Assembly: GCA_016618085.1 (NCBI GenBank)
Contig: JABLTG010000106.1
Location: 48,630-68,629 of the forward strand
Source: Neovahlkampfia damariscottae
Taxonomy: Eukaryota
Direction of reading: 5' to 3'
Length of the DNA: 20,000 bases
Made by a program: the position numbers and the translations under genes. Of the stretch, positions 1 through 10,414 are shown piece by piece; within the stretch, counting starts at the first letter, position 1; each line of letters begins with the position of its first letter. The notes beneath the pieces are model-generated. The model had not been told where the DNA came from. It saw only the letters and a program-made list of their open reading frames with translations, and did not search any database.

Positions 1-233
1 GAACTGATGAAATTGGTATTCCATTCGGTATTACAATTGATTTTGATTCATTAACAAATGATGATTATACTTTAAGAGATCGTGATTCATGCACTCAAAT
101 CAGAGCTAAATTAGAAGATATTGTCAGAATTATTCAACAATTAGTTTTAAAAGAATCAACTTGGGATAACGTTTTAAAAGAATTCCCAAATCAAAGTCAA
201 ACAGCAAGTGATAAAGTTGGATTGAAAGAATAA
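1..233 (+). CDS. GARS1: Glycyl-tRNA synthetase (eukaryotic type), C-terminal anticodon-binding domain; 5' truncated by the window
   Basis: Frame 3 translates TDEIGIPFGITIDFDSLTNDDYTLRDRDSCTQIRAKLEDIVRIIQQLVLKESTWDNVLKEFP... to TAA at 231-233. This matches the GlyRS motif RTDEIG.P.GITIDF...TLRDRDS..Q.R. Confidence 0.92.
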   Translation, partial: TDEIGIPFGITIDFDSLTNDDYTLRDRDSCTQIRAKLEDIVRIIQQLVLKESTWDNVLKEFPNQSQTASDKVGLKE

Positions 234-242
234 AAAAGTTAT

Positions 243-1084
243 TTATTCTTCTTTTTTTAATGTATAGAGTGTAGCAATTGCACCTGATATAGTTGTTAAA
301 CTAGAAGCAATAATACAACCAATCACTGGGATCATAAACAAAATGAGATATCCCGTTCCTAATCCATAATACAATCCCAAATGCTCTTTTTCAAATTTTG
401 TTTTATCAATTCCTTTTCTATCTAAAACATAACTGATTGAAAATTCACCTGAATTGAAACATTGAGAATAGAACAAATATGCTAATGATCCAACTAATCC
501 TAAACCTGGTAAAATGATTGATAAAACAATTCCAATAAAAGAAATTGATATCCATTGCTTCATTTGAAAGAAGTAATCAGTTAATATTTGTTTTTTTGTT
601 GTGTGGGTGAACTTCTCTTTATCTTCAATTTCAATCAATTTTCCAAATATTATTTCTTCAACAATAATTGATAATTCAAAAAAAGTTGAATCACAAATCA
701 ACATAAAAACAGGTTTGAAAGTTATAATGAATAAACAAATCCAAATTAACAAAATAAAAAATTTAAAACCAATTCTGAAAATAGTTGTTTCAACAAAATA
801 CATTGGAAGAAGATTTTGACATAAAAAATTTGTGATTTGGTTAAAATATCTAATTGTAATTAATAGAACAAGTATAGAATAAAAAAAACTTAAAATGAAA
901 GGTCTAATCAATTGACGAAGTATTCTTGTATCAAAAAAAATAGTTAAAGTTGTAAAGAAAGAAAATAATCCATAAAAATAATCTGAGATCAAAGTTGGTG
1001 TTGGGTTAACTTTTGTTTTAGAAATATTTTTTCTTTACGTTTCTTCTTAATGTTTTGAAGCACTTTTTCGTTTTTTTTCAACAT
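243..1084 (-). CDS. Multi-pass membrane protein, EI24/CysZ-like family
   Basis: ATG 1084, exon 1 MLKKNEKVLQNIKKK, then a 29-nt GT-AG intron (1010-1038) joins in frame to the 249-aa ORF. It has several hydrophobic helices and a C-terminal YxLDRK...GLG...MIPVIG pattern resembling EI24/CysZ. Confidence 0.55.
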
Positions 1085-1189
1085 CCAATCAGATTCTTTA
1101 TTAGAAGAGACAATTAGTTAATAAACAACAAATACAGATAAGATACAAATGATGACAAAAGTTGATTGGATTCAAAATGTCTTTAATTT

Positions 1190-3017
1190 TTAATGTTCAC
1201 AAAGACTACATGGTCTATTGAATACAGTTCCATCTTGTTCTTCAACAACCTTTTTTCTTTCATCCATTAATTCCAATCTGTAATCTTTTGCTTGTTGTTC
1301 TGACATTGAATCAGATGAAAATCCAACAATAATTTCAACCACTTCTTTTGGTAAAATTGATTGAAATACAGTTTCATAAGCTGGCAAAATCCAATCCTTT
1401 TGTTGTGGAAACACTCTTCTTGTTGACACAATGTCATAGTTTGGGTCAATTAAAAAGAAGACTAGAATTTTTCTATGACCATTTTTGGATTTGTCTTTCA
1501 ATTCAAAAGGTTGAACTAAATGTTGATAATAATTTGGGAAAGCAATGCATCTATCTTCAATTGCATTGATTGACCCAATTTCTTGATTTAATTCAGATTC
1601 AAATCCATAACCAAAAATTTGACCAAAATCTTGACCTTGGTCTTCTGGTTGAGCAACTGCTTGTCTGAATGATAAAACAGATTGAGAAATGTTTTCCTTT
1701 TCATAATAATAAATTCCTGTCGCCACAATTTTTTCATTTTCCATTCCTATTGATCAAAAGTCAATTTGTGAATCTTTTTACCTTCCATATGCCATGAACC
1801 ACCTTCATAAGAAGGAGAGTCAGGTGTCAATTCAATATTTGCCATTTTAACAATAACTTGAAGATTTCTACCTTTAAGTTTCATTGAGTTCAATTTTCTA
1901 GGTTGATATTTTTCATTGAAAAAGGAACCTTTTGCTTGAAGTTCTTCTTCGTCATAATTATCCAGGTAATCTTCATAATCATCACCAAACTTTTGATCAA
2001 ATCCATCATCATATAAGGCATTGTGATATATTGAAGAAATTATCTCACCTCCGTTATTTCCTAAAACCAATTCAAACATTGGAATGAATTTCTCAAGAAT
2101 TTGTTCCAAACATGAATAAAGTTCTTTGAATTTCAATGGATGTAAATTATTGATGTAAGATTCAAATTGAACTTTTCCTTCTTTTGAAACTGAAATATCT
2201 GAAGGTAACCATTGGAATTTGTCTGAAATGAAATTCGTTTTTGTAAGAGTGATATAATCAGGATGTAATTCTTCAACATATTCTTGATAAAATTCTTCAG
2301 GAGGTGGAACTTCCACTTTTGGAATTGTCATTGGTGTTGATTCTTTCAACCATAAGCTAATAGGAACATTTCTTTGTTCAATTTTCTCTTTTGAAATTGG
2401 TGTCACATCTCCAACCAAACAATATAAGGAAGGATGAATCAAATCTAAAACTAAGTTATTTGAAAATGGATGATAGTCTTTTGGTAACTTTTCCAACTCT
2501 ACAACTTGTTTTAAAAGTTTTTTTTTCAATGAATCATTGATTAAAGTATCTGATTGAAAAATAGAATGAAATGGTGATGCGATAGTCCCAATATCTTTTG
2601 TTTCTGAAATTTCATGTTTTAATTTGTCAAACATGTATTCAATCATGGAATCTTCAAATTGTTGTACTTGTGCTTCTTCAATCCATTTTTTTTTAATTTC
2701 TTCATCATTGAGTTTGTTGAACCAATCAGATTTGTATAAAATCGCTTGGACTAAAGAAAACATTTTGATTTCAACTTTAGTATACGGTTCTCTTAATTGA
2801 ATAAATCCACATTCTACTTCTTCTGAAAGTTGTGGAAACAATTTTGCGTTTTCATTTTCTTTCACATCTTTTTCTTTTTGTTTTTTATCTGGTCTTTGAA
2901 TTGGGTGGTCTTGGTTTTCAGTTTTTTTTTTGTTTTACCAAACTCTTCAAAGTGTTTTGAGTTTTTTCTGTAACATTTTCCGTCGTACATACAAACTTGT
3001 CTTTTTCTTTTCACCAT
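1190..3017 (-). CDS. PBZ (PAR-binding CCHH zinc finger) + DUF4246 domain protein (putative 2OG-Fe(II)-oxygenase-like fold)
   Basis: ATG 3017; introns 2910-2938 (29 nt) and 1747-1781 (35 nt). The spliced N-terminus is MVKRKRQVCMYDGKCYRKNSKHFEEFDHP. DUF4246 hallmarks present: DYHPFS..LVLDLIHPSLY, FQWLPSD, SYINNLHP, LQVIVKMANIELTP, GGSWHMEGMENEKIVATGIYY, FPNYYQHLV, GHRKILVFFLIDP and C-terminal SLCEH. Confidence 0.88.
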
Positions 3018-3283
3018 TTATTTGACCAATCAAAATAATTGGAAGGAGAGTATTTTCAGTAAAAACTCAAAAATTTTTAAAAGGTTTCATGAAATCATTA
3101 ACTCAAAAATTTATTCTTTCTTGGAACAAAAGAATTTTTGCTTTGAAAAAGAAATCTTTGAGACTCAAATTTGTTTGAATTCACATTCTCGAACATTCCT
3201 TATGTGTAGTTTCACATCAATAAAACAACAAATCTTAATTTATTTTGTCAGTTGTTTATTGGTCAATTTTTTCTGTTTAAAAC
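3018..3283. promoter_or_regulatory. Divergent promoter region with CCAAT/ATTGG boxes
   Basis: Lies between divergent ATGs at 3017 (-) and 3284 (+). CCAAT at 3026-3030 and ATTGG at 3258-3262. Confidence 0.55.
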
Positions 3284-5131
3284 ATGGAAAACTCTGCACC
3301 TGAAGAAATTTTTCAAGAAGAATTTGAAAGAGAAGCACAAGTTTACACTTTTGATGAAGGTACAAAAAATCATTTAATTTCCTTCAGGCCTTGATAAAAT
3401 AGGATTTGGAATTTATCAAGTAATTCTCATGTTTATTTGTGGTTCTGGATGGATGGTAAAAAACAAAAATTAAAATTAAAAAAAAAACTAAAAGTTTGAT
3501 GGAATTGAAATTCTTTTAATTTCCTTTATACTTCCTGTAAAAAAAAAAAAAATTAAAAAAAACAAAAGGAACTGACAGCACTCTGGGAACTATCACCTGT
3601 TCAAGCTGGATTATGTGGATCATCAGTTTATTTCGGAATGGTAAATTTTCGAAAGAAAAAAAAAAATTAATTTTTGACAGATGATTGGAGCTGCTCTTGG
3701 TGGAATTATTAGTGATATCTTAGGTTTCACAAATTGTAACAAATATTAATTTTTAAAAAAGGACGTAAAATTATTTTTATCGGGGCAGTTACAATCACAA
3801 CAGTTTTTGGTTTTGCTTCTGCTTTTTCACCAGGTTATGTTTATTTCTTAATTTTTAGAACATGTGCTGGTATTGGTTTAGGAGCTTCTGTACCAACTGA
3901 TATTTCATTATTCACCGAATTTTGTCCTACAAAATATCGTGGTATAACATTAGTGTTAATGAACGTTTATTTTGGATTTGGAGCTGCTTATGTCTGTGTA
4001 GCTGCTTGGATCATCATGCCTTCTCAAATTATTGGATCTCATCATTGGAGAATATTAGTCGGAGTCGCAGCATTACGTAAATATTTTTTTTGAAATTTTT
4101 AATGATGTTTATAGCTGGAGTTCTCATTATCATTGCAAGACTTTTTGTACCAGAAAGTCCTCGTTATCAAATGGTAAAAGGAAAAGTTCACAAAGCTTCA
4201 GCGACTCTTCATTCAATCGCAACATTCAATCAAACTAAATTGCCAAAAGGAAAATTAGTGTATCATGTAACAGGAGCAAGACCTGCATTAATTCAATCAA
4301 TTTTTGGTTTATTTTCAAAAGAATTATGGCTTACAACTGTTTTATTATGGGTTATGGTAAGATTTATATTTCATTCATCTTTCAAGTGGTTCTGTTTAAG
4401 TTATGGAGCATGGGGATTTTCATTTCTCATCCCAGTTGTTTTAGATCAATTACATCAAGGAAGAAGCAAATCCTATATTTATTCAGACACTTTAGTTTGT
4501 CAATTCATAATTTTCTAATTCTTGCAAAGGTAATTCTCTTTGTAGGAGCTCTTGGTGTTGCTGCGTTAGCAGCTGTTGTTGATAAATTTGGAAGAAGGAT
4601 TTTAATGACTGTATTTTTCATTGCTTGTGGCATTTTAACATTGATTACTGGATTATTCAAAAATGGTGCTTACATATTGATTGTTGCTTCCTTAGTAGGA
4701 ATCACATCGACCCCGTAAAAAAAAAAATTGGAAATTAACTTTTTTTAAGACCTTGGGGAATTATATACACATACACACCTGAAGTTTATCCAACAACTTT
4801 GAGAACAACAGGAGTTGGTAAGTGATCTTATTGGTTAAAATATTTCTCAGGTCTCTGTGCATTTTTCACTAGATTAGCTGGAACTATCACACCTTTGATT
4901 GGTACAACATTGTTACATTATGGATTTATCTATCCATTTATCACATTTGGTTTTGCGTTGTTAGTTGCAGGTGCTTGTAGTGCTTTGTTACCAATTGAAA
5001 CTCTTGGTCGTGAATTACAAGATGAAGTCACAGCAGATACTTTATTAAGTGCAGATGCTTTGAACAAAAAGAAAGATGGAAGTTTCAAACAAAGTCAAAA
5101 AGAGTCAATGGCACCTTTAATTGATAAATAA
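3284..5131 (+). CDS. MFS transporter, SVOP/SV2-related sugar/organic-ion transporter family
   Basis: About 10 small GT-AG introns (e.g. 3360-3387, 3456-3494, 3537-3568, 4357-4386). Spliced product contains FDEGLDKIGFGIYQ, WMFDGIE, SDILGRK, EFCPTKYRG, HWR, VPESPRY, DKFGRR, YTPEVYPTTLRTTG and LPIETLGRELQD. Confidence 0.88.
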
Positions 5132-5163
5132 AATTCAAAGTTTTTTATTCAATGATATGAGAC

Positions 5164-6813
5164 TTATATGATTTGAAATGAAATATCATGCAATTTTGAC
5201 AATGTAGGAACATTAATTTGATGTGATTTGTTCAAATTTAAGTCAAATATGGAATTGAATTCATATTGAATGTATAATTCAAAATCTTCACTGCTCTTCA
5301 ATGGGTATCGAAAAATGAACAATGAAATGGTTCCATATTTCCCCATGAATTCAATGAAGCCTTTTTCAAAGTGTATTGTAGCCTGAAACACTTCAAATTG
5401 TTTGTTCAGTTTTTTCTTTAAACTTTTAGGATCTTTCCTTTTCATACTCACATTTTCTATTAAATTCATAAGACTGAAATCCTCAATATTATATCTCCCA
5501 GTTCTGACGGACAAGAATTTAGTCTCACTGTGGGTTATCAAGTATTCATCATCATAGCGAAAAATAGAAGTCCCATTGGATTCTTTAAAAATTAACAATA
5601 GTTTTCTCTTGGGTGGAATGATTGTCATAATTAAATCTTCTTTAATTTCTACAATAACCTTTTCTATTTTGGATAATTCAATTTTTTGATTTTGAAATGT
5701 GGTTTTGAATTCAAATCTGGTTTGTGATGTTCTCAGATAATGTGGAATTAAATGAGATAGAAATTCTTCCTTTTCAAATAAATTTCCATTTAAAAAAGTT
5801 AATGATGGATATTCAATGAATGAATCAAGTCCAATGTCGTAATCCCTTCCAGGCCATATTTTCAATTTTCCTTCCTTCTCAATGAATGTTATTCTTGATG
5901 GAAAATTGATATCTTTCAAAGAGAATTCATTTTTGTCATGATAAATTGAAAAATAAAACGTTGAAAATTCAGTTTCTTTAAAAGAAAAGAAGAGATTTTT
6001 TGACAAATGATTTGACCTAAAATGTTGAAATTCAAGATGTTTCTCACAAAGATCAAATGTAATACAACCTGCAATAAATATGTTCTTATTAAAATCTAAA
6101 ATCATTGGACACTTAAAATCAAGAATCTTTGAAACTGCTTTAATTGAGTTGGTGTAAAATTTTTCATTTTTGAGTTCAGTCAAATTTCCAATTATTTGAG
6201 TTTCAAATTCATCTATTTTCAATAAGATAATAACATTAATATCCTCTAAACATTTTTTTTTTGAATTATTTTCAAAATATCTATCAACTATTCTGTCCCA
6301 AGGTTTTGGAAGTTCAAGTAGTTCTTCTTCCAAAAACTTGCTTCCAAAATATTTTAACTTTAAATTACATTTTTTATCTTTATTTAAAGTCGTTTCCCAG
6401 AAATCTGAATCTTCAAAGATCACCTCTAATTTGTAAAACTTGTCTTGATCCAAAATATTGAATTCTTTGATATTCAATGTTTTCAAATAATCAACAGAGA
6501 TGTGTCTCATAAATTTTTGGAATTTTTTTGTTTTAATTCTAGTTAAGAATTCCAAAAAATTTAAATTCTTTGGTAAAAATCGATAAAGAGTTGGTGGAAA
6601 GAGAGAATAATATTCTTCTTCAGTTGCTGGTATTTTTTGAGATATTTTTTCATGAAAATCAAATCCTTGGAATAAATCTTCTACCACTTTCATTTTAGTA
6701 TTTTGTCCCATTCTTTCTGAAAGTAATTGATTCGTTCTTACAAGTTGATTGGATAAGAAACCAGAATTTCTTGCAGAGTTGAAGTGATGAAATTCAATGT
6801 AAATTGTGTTCAT
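5164..6813 (-). CDS. Hypothetical intronless protein (~549 aa), no recognisable domain
   Basis: Uninterrupted 1.65-kb ORF in very AT-rich DNA. The first in-frame ATG is at 6813 (the track's 6852 start is a GTG), so the start is uncertain. Confidence 0.7.
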   Translation of the reverse strand: MNTIYIEFHHFNSARNSGFLSNQLVRTNQLLSERMGQNTKMKVVEDLFQGFDFHEKISQKIPATEEEYYSLFPPTLYRFLPKNLNFLEFLTRIKTKKFQKFMRHISVDYLKTLNIKEFNILDQDKFYKLEVIFEDSDFWETTLNKDKKCNLKLKYFGSKFLEEELLELPKPWDRIVDRYFENNSKKKCLEDINVIILLKIDEFETQIIGNLTELKNEKFYTNSIKAVSKILDFKCPMILDFNKNIFIAGCITFDLCEKHLEFQHFRSNHLSKNLFFSFKETEFSTFYFSIYHDKNEFSLKDINFPSRITFIEKEGKLKIWPGRDYDIGLDSFIEYPSLTFLNGNLFEKEEFLSHLIPHYLRTSQTRFEFKTTFQNQKIELSKIEKVIVEIKEDLIMTIIPPKRKLLLIFKESNGTSIFRYDDEYLITHSETKFLSVRTGRYNIEDFSLMNLIENVSMKRKDPKSLKKKLNKQFEVFQATIHFEKGFIEFMGKYGTISLFIFRYPLKSSEDFELYIQYEFNSIFDLNLNKSHQINVPTLSKLHDISFQII

Positions 6814-6925
6814 TTCTATTGAACCATCATCACTCTTCTGTAAGAATTTCACTTCTGTTGTTTCCTGTCATTCTCATTTTTTCAAACTGAATTATATTTT
6901 CGTGGAATTTTGTGATTGGACAATA

Positions 6926-8178
6926 ATGAATTCCAGACCCATCTACCAAAGTGAACATCTTTTGTCAGACGAAGAAATACTGAAACTTGGAATTGAAAAA
7001 AAAAATGTCGAACAGTACAGAAGAAAACATTACAACGTAAACTAAAAGAACCAGTTCTAAATTCAAATAACGATTTAGGAATCTTTCACAATAAACAGTT
7101 GGTATGAAAAATTAAAAGAAAATACTTTTTTATCTATAGAGATGAAATTATCATTTAAAAATGCTAAAAACATCATAAAACATCACAACTCTTACATCAA
7201 TTCTGGTTATAAAATTATTGAAAAGTTTGAAGAAGATTTTGAAGATCTTCTGGTCGAAATAAACAAGATAATAAAAACATTTCAGAATGGTATATTCATA
7301 AAGCTTAATACAAGAAGTCCAAAAGATGTACCTCAATTTGAAGTGGAGTCAGAAAAATCACAAAGTAATTATTTGAATAAATTAACAATCAAGAAATCAT
7401 TGATGAAGAATTGAACAAAAGAAAAGCATTAATGAAAGATGGTAAATTAGATTTAAATGCTATTAGTCATGCAATTATCATTGCAACGAATAAAATGATG
7501 AAAGTTGAAACAGGGAAAGATGCTTTGGAATTATTAATCAAAAGTAATAGAGTTTTTCAAGATTTAAGTAAAAGTATATCATTTGGTGAAGATTTTTATC
7601 AGTCAAAGCTTATTTTACGTGAATGGGTTGATGAAGTTGTGAATCATCCCGAAATGGAATTTCGTTGTTTTGTTCATGAAAAGCAGTTAAATGCAATCAC
7701 TCAATATTTTCATGATACTTTCTTTGAAGAATTATTCGAAAAAGATGTTCAAAAAACAACTCAAAAAAGATTGGTTGATTTTTTCCACTCAAAAATTGAA
7801 AAATTTATTTCTCAGTCATCATATGTCATTGACTTTTTTATTGGAAAAGAGAAGATCTATTTGATTGAAATAAATCCATTTCATTCAGGGGCAGGCTCAG
7901 GACTGTTTTCTTGGAGCCATGATCGAAATGTGCTGTTCAAAGGACCATTGGAATTCAGATTCAACCAAACAAAGAAAAAAGGTGATTTTTCAACAATTCA
8001 AATGGAAAAATTTCTAATCAAAAAATATGGTTTTTTTGATGAAATTGAAGGTCATGAAAAATACAAAAAAGAGTTGAAGGAAAAAAAGTCAGCCATTGGA
8101 TACAATTCATTTTTATTTTCAATATTTATTGTTGCATTGACTATTGCTTTTTATTACTACAAAAAGTTGAATTCATAA
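6926..8178 (+). CDS. Cdc123/R2K-family ATP-grasp protein with a C-terminal transmembrane tail
   Basis: ATG 6926; introns 7037-7078 and 7365-7393. Motifs: SWYEKL, FIKLNTRSPKD, LLIKSNRVFQDL, LILREWV, EMEFRCFVHEKQLNAITQY, YVIDF, LIEINPF...GSGLFSW..D and GPLEFR. Confidence 0.85.
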
Positions 8179-8304
8179 ACTTTTATTTCATCAGAATTTG
8201 AGATTGAAATTACAATCTATAAATTATTCTAAACCTGAAATAGATTGAAATTTGAGTTCAATAAATAGAAGTTTCTTTTTGAATTGAAAACTATTTAATT
8301 TCAA

Positions 8305-8592
8305 ATGAGTATGTTCGGAAACGATATTGGTGGAAAACAAGATACGATTATCACTCATGACAATGGTAGTTCATATTATGTCTACTCAACTGTTGAAAAT
8401 TTGAAGATATTCAATAAAATTCAAGGTTTTCAAGACAACAAGAGTGGTTTAGCATTTTCTCCGATTTTGAGGGGTGAAATTCATGACAAAATGTCAAAGG
8501 AAGGATATAGAAAAGGTGAAACAAATGAGGGTTATCATCAGATTGGATCTACCCTCTTTTATCATCATTACCACAGAGTACATAAAATCTAA
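8305..8592 (+). CDS. Small hypothetical protein (95 aa; possibly spliced via 8578-8637 to a second exon ending at 8793)
   Basis: ATG-started ORF with protein-like composition that fills the gap between two genes. No family recognised. Confidence 0.5.
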   Translation: MSMFGNDIGGKQDTIITHDNGSSYYVYSTVENLKIFNKIQGFQDNKSGLAFSPILRGEIHDKMSKEGYRKGETNEGYHQIGSTLFYHHYHRVHKI

Positions 8593-8758
8593 AAATAAAA
8601 TCTTTCTTGAGCTTTTATTTTTTTTAAAAATTATTAGATCAAAAAATTTGACCAACGAATTGGAAAAAATGTTCAAACTTTGGATGGATTTCAAAAAAAA
8701 AAGGAAATTTTGGAAAACGGTTGGTCGAAATTTATCCAATACTTTTCATTCAAGTCAA

Positions 8759-10027
8759 ATGCTCAACCTCAACAAAACAATAAAAGTTGGTGATTTCCAA
8801 GCAGTGAAGTAAATAAAAATGAAACTCATAAATTAGAGATGTTTGTCGTGCAGCTCTTAAATCCTTTGCGTCTGTCAAAGATGATGATATTAAAGTAACA
8901 ACGTTGACTGATGGAATAACCAATGTTCGTAAGTGACATTTTTCTTATGGTTCATACTTTTTAGTTTACAAGGTTAAATTAACTAAACAAAATGAAACAA
9001 AAACTGTGAACGTTCGGTTTGAAAAAAAAAAAAAATTTAACACAAAAAAAAAGACTCAACGGTGAAGGAACGGAAGAATTTATTGACAGAGAAAAAGAAT
9101 TAAAAATTCTTCAAGAGACTTCAAATTATGGACAAGGACCTGAGTTGTATGCTACTTTTTTGAATGGAAATGTTTATGAATTCATTGAAGGAAAACCTTT
9201 GACTTCAGAAGAACTACCAAAATATTATGATAAAATTGCAAAAGCAATGAAGAAATTTCATGATATGGATGTCAAATGTATTCCTAAAGTTAATGGATTG
9301 TTTCCTTTTGCTGATACATTGTACAAACAAGGTTTGAATTTTAACAATTTTTTACAAGATTTATCAGTGCGTTTGGAAAAAATTGAAGATGAAAAATTCA
9401 AAGAAGTATTTTCAAACTTGAAAGAAGAATTTAAATTCATGACCAAAATTGTTGAAAACTATGAAATCGCATTTTGTCACAATGATCTTTTAGGTTTGAA
9501 ATTTTTCTTTTTTTGACAATCATTCTTCTTTAGCTCCAAATATAATTTATAATGAAAAGACAGGTAATTTCATACAAATTTATATAAATTTTATTGTTTT
9601 AGACGAGATTAAATTCATTGATTTTGAGTATGCTTGTTATTCTCCAAAGTCTTTTGATATTGCAGATCATTTCTTTGAATACACTGGGTATGATTTGAAA
9701 ATGAATTTGTATCCAACAAAAGAACATCAAATTAAATTCCTTCAAATGTATCTTGGCACCAATGATGAAAATAAAATTGAAGAAATGTTGAATGAAGTCA
9801 ATGTTGGATTTGCTGTAAGAATATTTCATTTTTTTGAATTTTTAAGTTATGCAATTTATTTTGGGGAATTTGGGGTATCTTTCAACATCAAAATTCAAAA
9901 ATTGATTTTGATTTCAATACTTATGGAACTAAGGTAAATAAGAAAATCTTAGAGATTAATTTCAAAATAGAGAATTGGTCTTTATTTCAACTGGAAAAAA
10001 GAACATGTTTCAAAATCCAATTTATGA
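8759..10027 (+). CDS. Choline/ethanolamine kinase
   Basis: Spliced across about 8 small introns (first 8809-8836). Contains LTDGITNVLYKV, VRLNGEGTEEFIDREKE, GPELYATFLNGNVYEFIEGKPL, the Brenner motif FCHNDLLAPNII, the choline-kinase motif IDFEYA...FDIADHFFEY, YPTKEHQ and LFWGIWGIFQ. Stop TGA at 10025-10027. Confidence 0.92.
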
Positions 10028-10048
10028 AAAAAATGATTTTATTCAAGG

Positions 10049-10219
10049 TTATTTTTTTCCTTTTTTTCCTTTTGCTTCTTCTTTAGCATTCGGTTTTTTG
10101 GCCTCTGTTTTTGATTGATTATCTTTTGCGTTTTTTTGTGCAGCTTTCTTTTCTTTCTTTGAAGGATGGAAGAAATCGTCTTTTGGTTTTACCGTTGTTG
10201 TTTGTTCTTTCTTTGGCAT
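10049..10219 (-). CDS. Small lysine-rich basic protein (56 aa)
   Basis: ATG 10219 to TAA 10049-10051: MPKKEQTTTVKPKDDFFHPSKKEKKAAQKNAKDNQSKTEAKKPNAKEEAKGKKGKK. It fills an otherwise unexplained gap, has an A/C-rich leader, and is below the ORF-track cutoff. Confidence 0.6.
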   Translation of the reverse strand: MPKKEQTTTVKPKDDFFHPSKKEKKAAQKNAKDNQSKTEAKKPNAKEEAKGKKGKK

Positions 10220-10414
10220 TTGTTGAGTTTTGTTGTTGGTTTTAGTTGATGTTTTTGATGTAATTTCTGAGTTATTTATAGTTAATCTGACAAACCGATC
10301 CTTTTTTGGTTGGACAACATTTTTCTTCCAAACCGACGAATTTTAATTGGCCAAAAAATCTCCTGCTTCTCATTCAAGAAAAGAGTTGATACCAAAATTT
10401 ATTTTTATCCTCAA

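Noticed and set aside
1744..1781. Apparent stop or split between the 372-aa and 184-aa ORFs (readthrough or operon)
   Set aside because: A canonical 35-nt intron (1747-1781) restores WHMEGMENE.
3022..3303. 93-aa ORF from the track
   Set aside because: TTG start, covers the divergent promoter, and is out of frame with the MFS gene.
8195..8260. Repeated AGATTGAAATT and a short inverted repeat in the intergenic spacer
   Set aside because: Only two low-complexity copies, so not an array or recognisable element.
10010..10027. Kinase C-terminus SNL as a peroxisomal PTS1 variant
   Set aside because: Non-canonical tripeptide with no other support.
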